Source of the DNA: Eledone cirrhosa
Lineage: Eukaryota
Direction: 5' to 3'
Assembly: GCA_964016885.1 (NCBI GenBank)
Contig: OZ024752.1
Span: 47,182,001 to 47,246,000 of the forward strand
Length of the DNA: 64,000 bases
Part shown: piece by piece, positions 13,475 through 25,688 of the stretch
Layout of the letters: every line of letters begins with the position of its first letter
Numbering within the stretch: position 1 is the stretch's first letter
Translations under genes and position numbers: made by a program
The notes under the pieces: generated by a model
Told to the model about the DNA's origin: nothing
Databases searched by the model: none
Seen by the model: the letters and a program-made list of their open reading frames with translations, nothing else

Positions 13475-13823
13475 AAGAAACACGGGCTGTGTAGTTGTTG
13501 GATAAGGTGTACTTAAAAATAAGAGGAAAGCACGAACGGGAGAAAATGTTCCTTCATCAGTTGTCTGCTGGGGATCATGAATATTTCTACGCATTAAAGG
13601 CAAGATATTTTGGTTTATTTGATGTCTGCACTCTAACCGGTAAAAGAAAATAATCTACATCATAATCACAATACTATAGAAATATTCGACTCGGTAGAGG
13701 ATTTGACAACTACAGGGAAAGTCAGCACCGTGTATACTATCTATATAAACAGTGGTAATGCTGTGAAATCAACTTTAGTAATGGAGAAATAGTGCAATAT
13801 TAACTACAATGAAGAGATAATTA

Positions 13824-14017
13824 CCGTATTCTTCCGTGTATTGCGCGCATTCGTGTTGTATAACGAGTAACACGTTTTGAACCAGAAACATTTCTGGAAA
13901 AACTTGATTTCTATGTATAACGTTTAATTATGGTATATACCTTGCAACTCCCAAAACAAACAATGAAAAAAGTGAAAAAAAAAAAAAAAAAATGCCCGTA
14001 TACACGGAAGAACACGG
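13824..14017. mobile_element. Tc1/mariner-pogo-type MITE
   Basis: TA|CCGTATTCTTCCGTGTAT...ATACACGGAAGAACACGG|TA. Confidence 0.8.
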
Positions 14018-15157
14018 TAATTGAATAAATTTTGGGCTAATCAAGGGAAATAAATATTGATACATACAAAATAAGGCCTGCACGAATTATTTCCCTTTTT
14101 TTAAATGCTAAACTATAAGGTTTTATTGTAAATAAATGCAAGTGTCTTTTATAGTTATGAAAACAGAAAAAAAAAAAAAAAAAAGAGAAAGGCAAGGGCT
14201 CTAGGGTCCCTTTATAGTTACTCGAATCGATTAAAAAAGTTTCGACGTGTTACTAACTCTCAACTTGGTCGTTTCACCGGATAAATATATCCTGAACCAA
14301 ACGAATAAATAAAACCAGGCTGATTCTCATCAACATCCACATCGATTAACGTCTATCTTCCACGCTAGCATGGGTTAGATGGGTTTGTCCCATTTTGAGG
14401 TAATTTGGGTCGGGTGACCGAGTCTCGATCATATAGGAGAGTTTCTGGCTTGATTTCTACGGCTGGATGCCCTTCCTAATGCCAACCACATTGACAGTGT
14501 GTATATTTATATGTATATTTTTATATGTATTTTTAAATGGATATATTTTTACATGTATATATAAAAAGGTGCAGGGCAGGGCACTAGAAGTCGATGGAAG
14601 CCGTGGAGTGGGGTGACCCAAGAAGACCTGGGATGAGGTGATAAAAACCGACCTTACCCAATTGCACCTCTCGAGGGCGATGACACACGACCGTGACCTC
14701 TGGTGTCACGCAGTAACACAGAAGACCTGACTTCCCACGGGTACAAGCCGTCCACTTTACAGTGTGGGCTGGGTGCTTTTTTGCCGTGGCACCTCCACGA
14801 CCACCTTGCGGTGGGGTGTGTGGGAGCATATTGTCTATATGCTTCAGCTGGTACTCATGGGAGGTCGGGTACTCTGTATTACTGCGTGACGCCAGTGGCC
14901 ACGGTCGTGTGTCATCGCCTTTGAGAGGTGTAATTGGGTAAGGTCGGCTTTTATCACCTCATCCCAGGTCATCTTGGGTCTCCCCACTCCGCGGTTTCCA
15001 TCGACTTCTAGTGCTCTGCACCTTTTTATGCAGCTGTCATCCTTCAAATATAATAGTATATATAGAGTAATGACTGAATGAATAAGGGAATGAACGAACA
15101 AGCAAGTGAATGAGTAAGATGATATTAACTCATTTAACTCACGCCAAGTTCTTGTTT

Positions 15158-15188
<31 letters not shown>

Positions 15189-15382
15189 CGATGGTGGTGA
15201 TGATGGTGGTGATGATGGTGGTGGTGGTGGCAATGGTGATGATGATGATAATGATGGTGGTGATGATGGTGTTGGTGATGTTGATGATGATGGTGGTGGT
15301 GATGATGATGATGGTGGTGGCGGCGATGGTGGTGGTCATGATGGTGGTGGTCATGATGGTGATGGTAATGATGATGATGATG
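15158..15382. repeat. (ATG/GTG)n trinucleotide microsatellite
   Basis: Direct reading. Confidence 0.95.
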
Positions 15383-15399
15383 TCTTTGGACTTCATTAA

Positions 15400-15614
15400 C
15401 CCTTTAGCATTTAAACCGGCCATATCCAGCCAGAATTCTCTCACCTCTTTCAGTTCAAACTGGTCATAATTGACTGCTCACACCGATGTGAAGGTATAAA
15501 TAAATAATATCAAAATAAATAATATCAAAATCTCATAGATTCAATATTATGTGAGGTAAAGCCTTTTCTGTGAAAATGCAATAGTAAATATAGAATAATG
15601 TGAATGCTAAAGGG
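15400..15614. mobile_element. piggyBac-type MITE (copies about 2288, 3065, 17097, 20348, 57112, 57840-58380, 60853, 63435)
   Basis: TTAA|CCCTTTAGCATT...AATGCTAAAGGG|TTAA. Confidence 0.85.
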
Positions 15615-16435
15615 TTAATGCAGTTTACAAGAATTATGTTGGGGAGGAATGTTAGTAAGAAGTATTTCTAGATGAGAAGAAGAAAGATGATTGTAACGAG
15701 TGAATGAGTGTCAGAATTTCATTTTCATTTCACACGAAACTCTCTCAGACAATGACATAGGATCGAAATCTTTGGCCCTATGCAGTAATACAGAAGACCT
15801 GTCTTGTAGGCACATCTTAATCCAATATACACTCTACACTGTTGTTTGTATTATGAAAGTATCACCATCATCATCATCGTTTAACGTCTATCTTCCACGC
15901 TAGCATGGGTTAGATGGCAGTTGTCCCACTTGAGGCAAGATTGGTTGGGTGACCGTGTCTCACTCGTACAGGACTGTCTGGCAGGTTTTCTATGGCTGGA
16001 TGCCCTTCCTAACACCAACCACATTTACAGTGTGGACTGGGAACTTTCTACCATGTTACCTACACGACCACATTACAGCGTGGACTGTGTGTTTTTTGTT
16101 GTGACACCTACATGGCCTCATTAGTTTGGACTGGATGTTGTGGTACCAACATAACGTTACAGAGAAAGGGGTGGTGTTGGCGGGAGTGGGAGGATGGCGT
16201 AGGGTAGTGGGTTGGGGTGTGTTTGGTTTGGAGGGGCATACTGATCATCATTGTCATTGTCATCATCAACATTTTTACGACTGTTTTTCCATGCTTGTTT
16301 GGGTTGCACAGATCCTTTTCAACATAGCATCTCTCCAGTCATCACATTCCTTTGTCATATCTGTCTCAACGATTTGAGATCAGCTCTCACCATCTCTATT
16401 GTGGCTTCCCTTCACTTTTTCACCCAGTGATCATT

Positions 16436-17015
16436 ATCCATGAAATGGCCATGTTCGATATGTAGAAAAGGAACTGGCATAAATTCTATAAAATGTACAC
16501 AATGCAGATCTTGGGTACACAAGAGATGTAGTGGGATAGCAGGCAAATTAACAGGTAGGGAAAATTATGTATGCTACGTATGCAGTAGATGTACAGGGAA
16601 AGTTGACAGTAGCAATTGCAGTGATAGACATATTTTTCAAATGCAGGTGGGTTCTATAGAAGTGGTTGATAGCTTCTGGTACCTAGGTGATCAGATTAGA
16701 ATAAGGACGGGTTGGAAGAAGTTTAGGAAGCTGCTTCCTATATTGACAAAGAAGGGTTTCTCCCTGCATACGAAAGGCCAGTTATATGATGCCGATGTGC
16801 GATGCTGCATGGTAGTGAGACATGGGCAACAACTACATAGAATATGCGATGGCTGGAGAGAAATGAAGCAAGCATGCTCTGTTGAATGTGCAATGTGCTT
16901 GAACGACCAAGCATGGATGAGTTGAGAGAGAAACTGTGTATAAGAGGGTTAAGTTGTGGTGTGCGGGAGAGAAGACTGAGATGGTAAGGACATGTGATGC
17001 ACATGGATGACATAA
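16436..17015 (+). mobile_element. RTE LINE fragment with a PHD-like Cys cluster
   Basis: KWPCSICRKG..CTQC..WVHKRCSGI..C; FWYLGD; RLRW-GHVM; frameshifted. Confidence 0.75.
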
Positions 17016-17861
17016 AATGATGATGATCATCATCATCATCACATGTCCGTACCAACATAGTCTTCTCTCTTGCACACCACTTTGGATTGCTCTTAACCCT
17101 TTAGCATTTAAACTGTCCATATCCAGCCAGAATTCTCTCACTTTTTTCTGTTCAAACTGGCTGTAACTGGCTACTCATACTTATGTTAAAGTATTGTTCT
17201 CAAAATAAGTAAAATCAAAACCTTGTAGATTCTATATTATGTAAGATAAAATGTATACTATGAAAATACAATAGTAAATATAGAGTAATGTAAATACTGA
17301 AAGGTTAAACTTTCTTCAAACTGTGAAACCTCGTACATGATATCTTTCAATTGATAGAGTTACCTAGTACAGACCCAATAGATATCACTTTCTTATTCAA
17401 CTTTAGAAACATCTGTAACTCGATACAATTCAGTCAATATACCTGTAGTTATATACTGAGGTATGAAGGCATGTGGTTTTGTAGCTACTCAAATGTTTTT
17501 CCGTCTGCAAGCTGGCAAAAAAACAATAGGGTGAACCAGTAAATGAAAAGACCAGCTTAGTTACATATTCTGTCATGCTCAGAATAATGAGGAGAAGGAG
17601 AAGGAAAAGGAGAAGAAGGAGGAGAAAAATAAACACTTTAAAATAAATAATTTTGTATTGTAGAAATAAGGGTAGTTTCAAGTGCTTTAGTATAGGAATT
17701 AAAAAAAAAAAAAACCCTCTCAACCCCATCAAATAGTGAATGGAACTCTCCTCACCTCGGAGGCCTGAATGTAATCTTGTTTAAATTTGCAAAATATCTA
17801 TCAGTGGCCCCTGGTTAAATATGATTGAATACCACCTTATGCAAGATGCAAAGTTAGATAA

Positions 17862-18194
17862 TCTAAATATATAAAACTGAGGATGTCTGTGTGTGAATCC
17901 CTAAAACTTGAGAAGTACCCAACTGATTTTTTTCAAACTTTACATGTGTATTACTTATGTTTCACCTTAGGTGAAAAACTGCGTTTTTTCAGCTTTTTGG
18001 GGGGTTTTTGAGGCGTTACATCAGACCGATTTCCTTGAAATTGTAACTATGTATTCGTCAGTCTCTTCTTCATCAGAGTATTCGGTTTATTTTCTTTACA
18101 TATTGTCCAGGCATGCAGTTTTTACACGATTAGGTCTGTTGGCGGCCCGCGTTCCAAAATACCTTATCCCGTGCAATGCCGGGTACCACTGCTG
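17862..18194 (+). mobile_element. Probable non-autonomous Helitron
   Basis: A|TCTAAATATATAAAA start; CCCG..CGGG hairpin near a degenerate end. Confidence 0.5.
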
Positions 18195-18351
18195 TTATTA
18201 GATATTTGAGATATCTTGTTCGTGACAACATTAGACATTTTTTTTAGAAACCTTGAAAAGAAAAAGTTACACCGTCATGAACTAACCAAGCATGAACATT
18301 ACATAACCTACTTAACACAAATAGAATTCATATATATTTAATATAGAAATG

Positions 18352-18400
18352 GCTTCTACAGGACTAGAACTGTTTCATTCGGGAGAAATCATCAGAAAGC
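18352..18400 (-). ncRNA. Hammerhead ribozyme-like motif
   Basis: GCTTT-CTGATGA-TTTC/GAAT-GAAA-CAG..CTG-TA-GAAGC; stems I and III pair, stem II closing pair is non-canonical. Confidence 0.55.
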
Positions 18401-18573
18401 CCTGATGATTTCTCCTGAATGAAACAGTTCTAGTCCTGTAGAAGCCATTTCTATATTAAATATTTATACTCTGCTATGTATTGAGTACCTTCCTTACTGT
18501 GGTTACCCCTGATTGAACCCGGGATAAACTTATATCCCGCCCGTCCCCTCAATCTATCTTAATTCTCATTCTT

Positions 18574-18609
18574 TCTTCTGATGAAGGACTAATGTCCAAA
18601 ACGTTAAGA
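18574..18609 (+). ncRNA. Decayed minimal hammerhead
   Basis: TCTT-CTGATGA-AGGAC/GTCC-AAAA(G>A)-CGTT-AAGA. Confidence 0.45.
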
Positions 18610-18781
18610 CCCTCTTCCTGCTATATCAAGCATTAACCTAATATATCCCTTCCAAATACTGTACCGATTGTGTTGTTATTTCTGTTTACCTTTTACATAC
18701 ATATATATATGTATATATATATGTATATATGAATTTATTTTGCAAGCAAGGTTTTTGATATGAAATCGTGTGTCAAAACAA

Positions 18782-19070
18782 ATATTGTTATACTTGGGGA
18801 GGGTCATATTGTTATAATATTGCCAGAAATAATAACAGAACACACTCACTGTTTGGTTGGTTTTCGCTTCAGTATCTTTTATATCTCCATAGTTAATTTA
18901 TTTGGCAATCAATGTTTATCATTGATTGACCAGCGGTTAATTGATTGCCAAATAAATTAACTATGGAGATATAAAAGATACAGAAGCAAAAACCAACCAA
19001 ACAGTGAGTGTGTTCTGTTATTATTTCTGACAATATTATAACAATATGACCCACCCCAAGTATAACAATA
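18782..19070. repeat. Long inverted repeat (probable pLTR family)
   Basis: Arms about 18782-18913 and 18940-19070; a diverged single copy at about 1600-1720 is preceded by a CTGAAGA..GAAA motif at about 1535-1565. Confidence 0.7.
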
Positions 19071-19989
19071 TATATATATATATATATATATGGTGGCTGC
19101 CAACTCGTTTTCAAGTACGGCCACTACTTTATATCCATGTAGGAGAACCCCTACCGATGCGCTGAACGAGTGTGACTTTTTAGTCCAGCCAGCGACTTGA
19201 AAACTCTGGTACAAACATTACACTTGTGACAATTATTGACACATAGTGCTGGGCCCATGGTACCATGTGACGACAAGTGCAGAGAGATCTCCAGATACAT
19301 ATATATATATATTCATTTTACGTCTGCTTTTTCCCTGCTTGCAAGGGTGGGACGGGAACTGATTCTGGTTTGATTTCTACAGCTGGATGCCCTTCCTAAC
19401 ACCAACCTCATTTACAGTGAGTGCTGGTTGCTTTTTTGCCGTGACACATCCACGACCACTTTGCAGTGGAATGATAGGGACCCCAGTCCCTATCATCTCA
19501 TTTCTACAGCTGAGTAAACTGGAGCAATGTGAAATAAAGTGTCTTGCTCAAGGAAACAACACATCACCCGGTCTTCATTTGAATAAATCTCCAAACTTAG
19601 CTACAATGTACACCAAAGTGTTACAAATTTTTATTATTATTACTTGCACATTATAATTTAAAAAAAAATATTAAGAAAAATGACCTAAATTTATACCTGT
19701 CAAGAAAGGGGTGTGTAAAGTAGGTTTGTAAGAAACATCATACAAATGGATTACAAAAGCTAATTTTCCTCAGTTGCCAATAATGGATCAAATGACGTGC
19801 ATTATTATAGAGTATTTGATTGGATGAAGCAGAAAGTAACACATATTACAAGTGTTTGTATTTGATGATAACTGAGCTCTCTCATGTATGTCAGAAATGG
19901 ATAAATCATGGCTGCAATAATACAAGCTTTTTAAGGTTATTTTTTCCTGCAGTTCACATGGTTTTATAAAATATAATCATACCTTCATT

Positions 19990-20278
19990 ATGAAAGTCAC
20001 CATAATTTCTGTTATTTGGTTATGGCTCTTTGGGTTAGGTTTAAACCAGGCATTGATATTAAGGTGTGACAAAAAAACATTTAATGCAAGTACGCCTGGT
20101 TCTGAGAAAGAACTGCGAATTGCTGTTATTTTAACAGCAACTAAAAAAAATGTATCAACAAATGTATGTAGTACATATCAAAACCCAACCATCCCAGAGG
20201 TTTTGGCACTTCAGTGGATTATTGATAAACTAAATACGCTATGTAGCAGGGAAAAACTAATTCCTTCATATAATATTG
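19990..20278 (+). CDS. Tandem-VFT single-pass receptor, coding exon 1 (signal peptide and start of VFT1)
   Basis: Hydrophobic leader MKVTIISVIWLWLFGLGLNQALIL; ..EVLALQWIIDKLN..LIPSYNI resembles the mGluR EAM..IN..LLPxxxLG segment; donor G|gtaagt; possible acceptor ttcctgcag at 19952. Confidence 0.8.
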
Positions 20279-20830
20279 GTAAGTAACTTAACTTTGATAA
20301 CTTTGATAGGTTTTGGCCAGTATTGTCTCAGGCCATGTCTAACTTAACCCTTTAGCATTTATATTATTCTATATTTACTTTTGTATTTTCATAGTAAAGG
20401 TTTTATTTTATATAATTATCTCACATAATATCGAATCTATGATCTTTACGATCTGAGTTCAAATCCCACCGAGGTTGACTTTATCTTTCATCCTTACGGG
20501 GTCGATGAAATAAAGTACCAGTAATGCACTGGGTAAATGCTGGCCTTGTGCCTAAAGTAGAAACAATAATATTGAATCTATGAGATTTTGATATTATTTA
20601 TTTTGAGAACAATACATTAACATAAGTAGGAGTGGCTAGTTATGGCCAGTTCAAACAGAAAGAGGTGAGAGAATTCTGACCGGATACGGCTGGTTTAAAT
20701 GCTAAAGGGTTAATAGCAGCACCTGGCAAATAAGTAGTTTATGAAAGTATTCCAATAACTATAATTATTTACAGGCATTTATGTGTTATAACTCTATATT
20801 CTTTTATTCCTATACTGGTTGGGATAATAT

Positions 20831-20986
20831 CAGGGCCGGATTTACATTTGATGAGGCCCTAAGCTATTTGAGATAATGGGGCCCTTTATATGTCCAGATA
20901 TCCTATGTCAGCGACAAATTGTCGCTGTTTTTTGTGTGGGGGCCCTAAGCTATAGCTTGTTTAGCTTATACGTAAATCTCACTCTG
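20831..20986. mobile_element. hAT-type MITE
   Basis: Ends CAGGGCCGGATTTAC and GTAAATCTCACTCTG; 8-bp TSD GATAATAT on both sides. Confidence 0.85.
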
Positions 20987-22267
20987 GATAATATCTTGAT
21001 TAGGATGACCAAATCGACCCAGTATTTATTTTGTGAGATATAGAAACACAGACAGACATTGATACACATACACACAGAGATACACACACACAGAGATACA
21101 CATACACACAGAGATACACACACAGACACACACAAAATAAAATCAGAACCAGAATTATTTCACAACCATGAAAGAGTAACAAGCTACTAAACTTCATTGG
21201 TTTCTGACGGAAATGTTTATAAATAACTTAAGATATAACAATTATATATCATTTTTTTAATAATATTATATTTTTTACTTCATAAATGTCAATGGCTCTC
21301 CCAACGCATCTCCTTTGCCATCCTCTGGGGAAACACCTTCTCCATTCTGTCCGCCGGGGCAATGGGGCGGCCAGCACGTGGGACCCCATTTGCTCATAAT
21401 TCAGAGAAATGGGGAGGTTGAGAGAGATGGAGGCGATGACGGTGGGAGTTTGGCTTTTCTGTGTTCGGACCTGGTGTGCAGCATCAGTTATCCGTATAAG
21501 GAGGTAGTGATTCATCTTCTATTCTATAATAGAGTAGATATTTGCCTTATTGTTGCCACAACATAATTATCCTTGCATTTTTTTAGTCCATCGCTAGGGA
21601 ACGTCTTCACGAAGTAACATATCGTCTTCCTGTTTTCCTTCGGTTGTAACATTTTTGAAATATTTACTTCTGCGTCCACAGATTGATTTTTTTTCAATGT
21701 CTTCCATATATATCTTAGACCTTACTATTTACCTTACTTGCCTTTAAAGTTGGTGTACAAGCTACTAGTGACATATGGTTACTCCATCTCTCTCTTTCTA
21801 CCTTGAACTTCAATGCTGTACCCCTCCACCCCACACAAATTTCTTATGCTCCCTTTAGTAGAACCAGTATTGTGTCACACTTCTTATTCAACCACGAAAG
21901 AATAACAAGCTAAAATTGATTGGTATCTGATGAAAATATTTTTACAAATAAGTTAAGCTATAACAATTCAGCTTGGAGAAAGGCTGAAAACAGAAAGTTT
22001 GCCAAAGCAGTGTGTTATAAATGACTTTGATGCACTTAGCACTGATGCTAAAAAAAAAAAAAAAAATGGCCTGGAAATGTTATTATGAGAGTCTGATGAA
22101 TGGACGGAGGAAGGATTACCCCCCTCCCACAACTTACCCAACAGAAGGACCAGCTTTTGAAGTTGACAGTTATAGGGTCAAAGAAGCAATTAAGGAGATG
22201 AAGAATGGTAAAGCTGCAAGACCATCAGAGATACTTGCTGAGATGCTTAACCCATTAACATTTACAT

Positions 22268-22595
22268 GGAGGCACATGGCTTAGTGGTTAGAGCATTGGC
22301 CTTGCAATCGAAAGGTTGTGAGTACAATTCTCAGACTGGGTGATGTGTTGTTTCCTTGAGCAAGACACTTTATTTCACATTGCTCCAGTTTACTCAGCTG
22401 TAGAAATGAGATGATAGGGACTGGGGTCCCTATCATTCCACTGCAAAGTGGTCGTGGAGGTGCCACGGCAAAAAAGCACCCAGCACTCACTGTAAATGAG
22501 GTTGGTGTTAGGAAGGGCATCCAGCTGTAGAAATCAAGCCAGAATCAGTTCCCGTCCTCACCCTTGCAAGCAGGGAAAAGCGGACATAAAATGAA
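22268..22595 (+). mobile_element. tRNA-derived SINE
   Basis: GGAGGCACATGGCTTAGTGG head; tail CCCTTGCAAGCAGGGAAAAGCGGAC. Confidence 0.88.
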
Positions 22596-22683
22596 ATGAA
22601 TGAAATGATTACTCTATATTTACTATTGTATTTTTGTGGGTTAGACATATATATATATATATACATATGTATTTACATTTATA

Positions 22684-22718
<35 letters not shown>

Positions 22719-22734
22719 CATCATCATCATCATT

Positions 22735-23060
22735 TCATTTTACGTCTGCTTTTCCCTGCTTGCAAGGGTGGGGACGGGAACTGATTCTGGCTTGATTTCT
22801 ACAGCTGGATGCCCTTCCTAACACCAACCTCATTTACAGTGAGTGCTGGTTGCTTTTTTGCCGTGGCACCTCCACGACCACTTTGCAGTGGAATGATAGG
22901 GACCCCAGTCCTATCATCTCATTTCTACAGCTGAGTAAACTGGAGCAATGTGAAATAAAGTGTCTTGCTCAAGGAAACAACACATCACCCGGTCTGAGAA
23001 TTGAACTCACAACCTTTCGATTGCAAGGCCAATGCTCTAACCACTAAGCCATGTGCCTCC
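22735..23060 (-). mobile_element. tRNA-derived SINE (inverted partner of 22268)
   Basis: Near-identical reverse complement of 22268-22595. Confidence 0.88.
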
Positions 23061-23570
23061 ATATTTGTATATATGTATGTATATCTAACTAATAAGTCAC
23101 TTTTATCAGCTAAGTTTATGTCATCATTTTTGGACCAATCAGCAACAGTGCTATTGTAATGGATATTACAAATCAAATTTGTCCTGAAAGATATCACTGG
23201 TTTTGTTAGATTAAAGAAATATGAGTCTGTCCTAGAATCTTGAGCTGTGTTACTTGTATTATTTTTCATTGAATCAGGAGAATGAGCTCTTTATATTCTG
23301 ATTTTTTAATTCCATGTGTCTAACACACGTAGGCATGTCTACAAAGTCAGAAAACAACACAGCTTCCATGATTTTTGGAAACCTCTTTTCACGCTCAGAG
23401 TTGCTGAAGCATGGAACAAACTACGTGCATCAGTTGTTAGCTGTCGAGACACTGCATCCTTTAAAACCTCAGCCGTGGGCATGCCTACAAAGTCAGAAAA
23501 CAGCACAGCTCCCATGACTTTTGGAAAGATTTTTGTAAATTTTATGTGTGTTTATATATTTGATAAACAG

Positions 23571-23699
23571 ATTTTGCAATATTTGATGATTGTGGGGAAC
23601 CAGAAATCGCAGCCAATCATGTATACAATATTTACAGACCCTTTGCACTAAATCACAACTTATGTGAACTTGAGACAAATCAAGATGCTCCATATACAG
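23571..23699 (+). CDS. Tandem-VFT receptor exon 2
   Basis: (D)FAIFDDCGEPEIAANHVYNIYRPFALNHNLCELETNQDAPYT; DDC is the equivalent of the class C DTC motif; cag| and |gtaagt; phases 1/1; this frame is not in the ORF track. Confidence 0.8.
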
Positions 23700-25113
23700 G
23701 TAAGTTAAATCTTTGAAAACATATTTTGTGGGAAATGGCAATAAAATATGTACAATTAATACAGTTTAGCCATTTAAATATTAAATTAAGTGGAGGTGCG
23801 TGGTTGAGTGGTTAGAGAATTGGATTCACAATTGTGAGGTTGTGAGTTCGATTCCTGGACCGGGCAATGCGTTATGTCCTTGAGCAAGACACTTTATTTC
23901 ACGTTGTTCCTTCAACCTGGAGTTGCGACCGATAGAGAGTATTAGCAATTGGAAAGACCAGCGGAAACATTGTCTCCTAGGTCCAATTTGACGAAAGTCA
24001 ATATTAAATTTTATTTCAAATGTATAGAAACCATATCAAACTGTTTCAGTTTCTAATATTCTCCCTCCATACTTGGTAGACACCCCAAAAATTATTAACC
24101 ATCTTGCCAACAACAACCCTGAGCACCTTTTTGAAGTCCATGTGTCTAACACCCATGGATATGTTTACAAAATAAGTAAACAGCACAGCTCCCATGAATT
24201 TCAGAAACATTTTTTCATGTTCAGAGTTACTGAAGCATGTAATAAACTACCTGCATCAGTTGTTAGCTGTCGAGACACTGCATCCTTCAAAACTTCTATG
24301 CTTCCTGAAATTCGCCAACGCTACACCTGATATTCCCCCCCATCTACACGCACGCATATGTCTGTGTATATCATGACTCGTACACTGTTCACTTTCCTGA
24401 CATTTGTGCATTATTCTATGTACTATACATGCACCTTTGATGAGTTGTAGTGCACCTGAGCACAGTACACAATAATTTTCATTTTCATTATTATTATCCA
24501 ACTCTCTAACAGATTAATGTTTTATTTTTGTATTCTCTGTTGTTTAATGTTCATGAACCCAGGGTAAATCCTGGTTTTTGTCCAATTCACGCCAGCATCG
24601 AAGAATACACATAAAAATAACTCCGACATATTTCAGTAAAAATTGTAAATTTTTGTATATATAAAATGCACCTGCTACATTCTGTAAAGTTCTAGTGTTG
24701 ATGCCACAATAAAATACACCCAGTACACTATATAAAGTAGTAGTACTGGTATCATAATAAAATACACCCAGTACACTCTGTAAAGTAGTAGTACTGGTGC
24801 CATGATAAATACACCAGTACTCATTGTAAAGTGGTAGTGTTGGTGTGATGATAAAATACACCCAGTACACTCTGTAAAGTGGTAGTGTTGGTGTCACAAT
24901 AAAATACACCTAGTACACTCTGTAAAGTGGTAGTACTGGTGCCATGATAAAATACACCCAGTTCACTCTGTAAAGTGGTAGCGTTGGTGCCATGATAAAA
25001 TACACCCAGTACACTCTGTAAAGTGGTAGTGCTGGTGCCATGATAAAATGTATTCAACACTCACTGTAAAGTGTTAAAACGTAACTTTTGTATGTATATC
25101 TTTATTCCAACAG

Positions 25114-25268
25114 CAATTATTTCCCTTAGTGACTATGCAGTTACTCAATCTATCCTTGAAAAAACCAAATATCTTCCAATCACAGTTGTTAGTCCTGTGA
25201 TAGAACAGAAGGCCTTTAAATATAAAAACTTCATATCTCTAGCGACACCCATGGAAACTCAAGTTCAG
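25114..25268 (+). CDS. Tandem-VFT receptor exon 3
   Basis: (A)IISLSDYAVTQSILEKTKYLPITVVSP..YKNFISLATPMETQVQ, a degenerate form of VIG..SSV..IPxIS..FxRxxPxDxxQ; phases 1/0. Confidence 0.8.
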
Positions 25269-25688
25269 GTAATTACAATCGTTTTTAGAGTGATATTAGA
25301 AAAAACTAGATAAGAAGAAAAACAAAATAAAACAGAAAATCTATAAGTGTAGGCATGATTGTGTGGTTACGGATTGTGCTCTGAAACCATGTGTACATGT
25401 GCAGGCATGGTTGTGTAGTTAAGGAGTTTGTTTTGCAACCACATGGTCTCAGGTTCACTCCCACAACTGTGTAGTACCTTGAGCAAGTGTCTCTCCATTA
25501 TAGTCCCAGCTTAACCTATTCATTCTGAGTGTAAATCTGTTGGCAGAAATTGGAGAAGCATATTGAATATATATACACAAACACACACACACATACACAC
25601 ACACACACAGATATATGCGTGTGTATTTATATAAATATGTATATGTGTGTGTGTGTGTAATATGTATATATATATATATATATATGTA

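Larger units (their letters stand above)
18334..18700. mobile_element. Fold-back pLTR remnant with two hammerhead-like motifs
   Basis: Arms about 18334-18395 and 18402-18463; tail ends at (TA)n. Confidence 0.6.

Noticed and set aside
15110-15469. Met/Val-rich hydrophobic ORF
   Set aside because: Trinucleotide microsatellite
22268-22345. tRNA gene
   Set aside because: A and B boxes belong to a SINE head that continues into SINE body and tail
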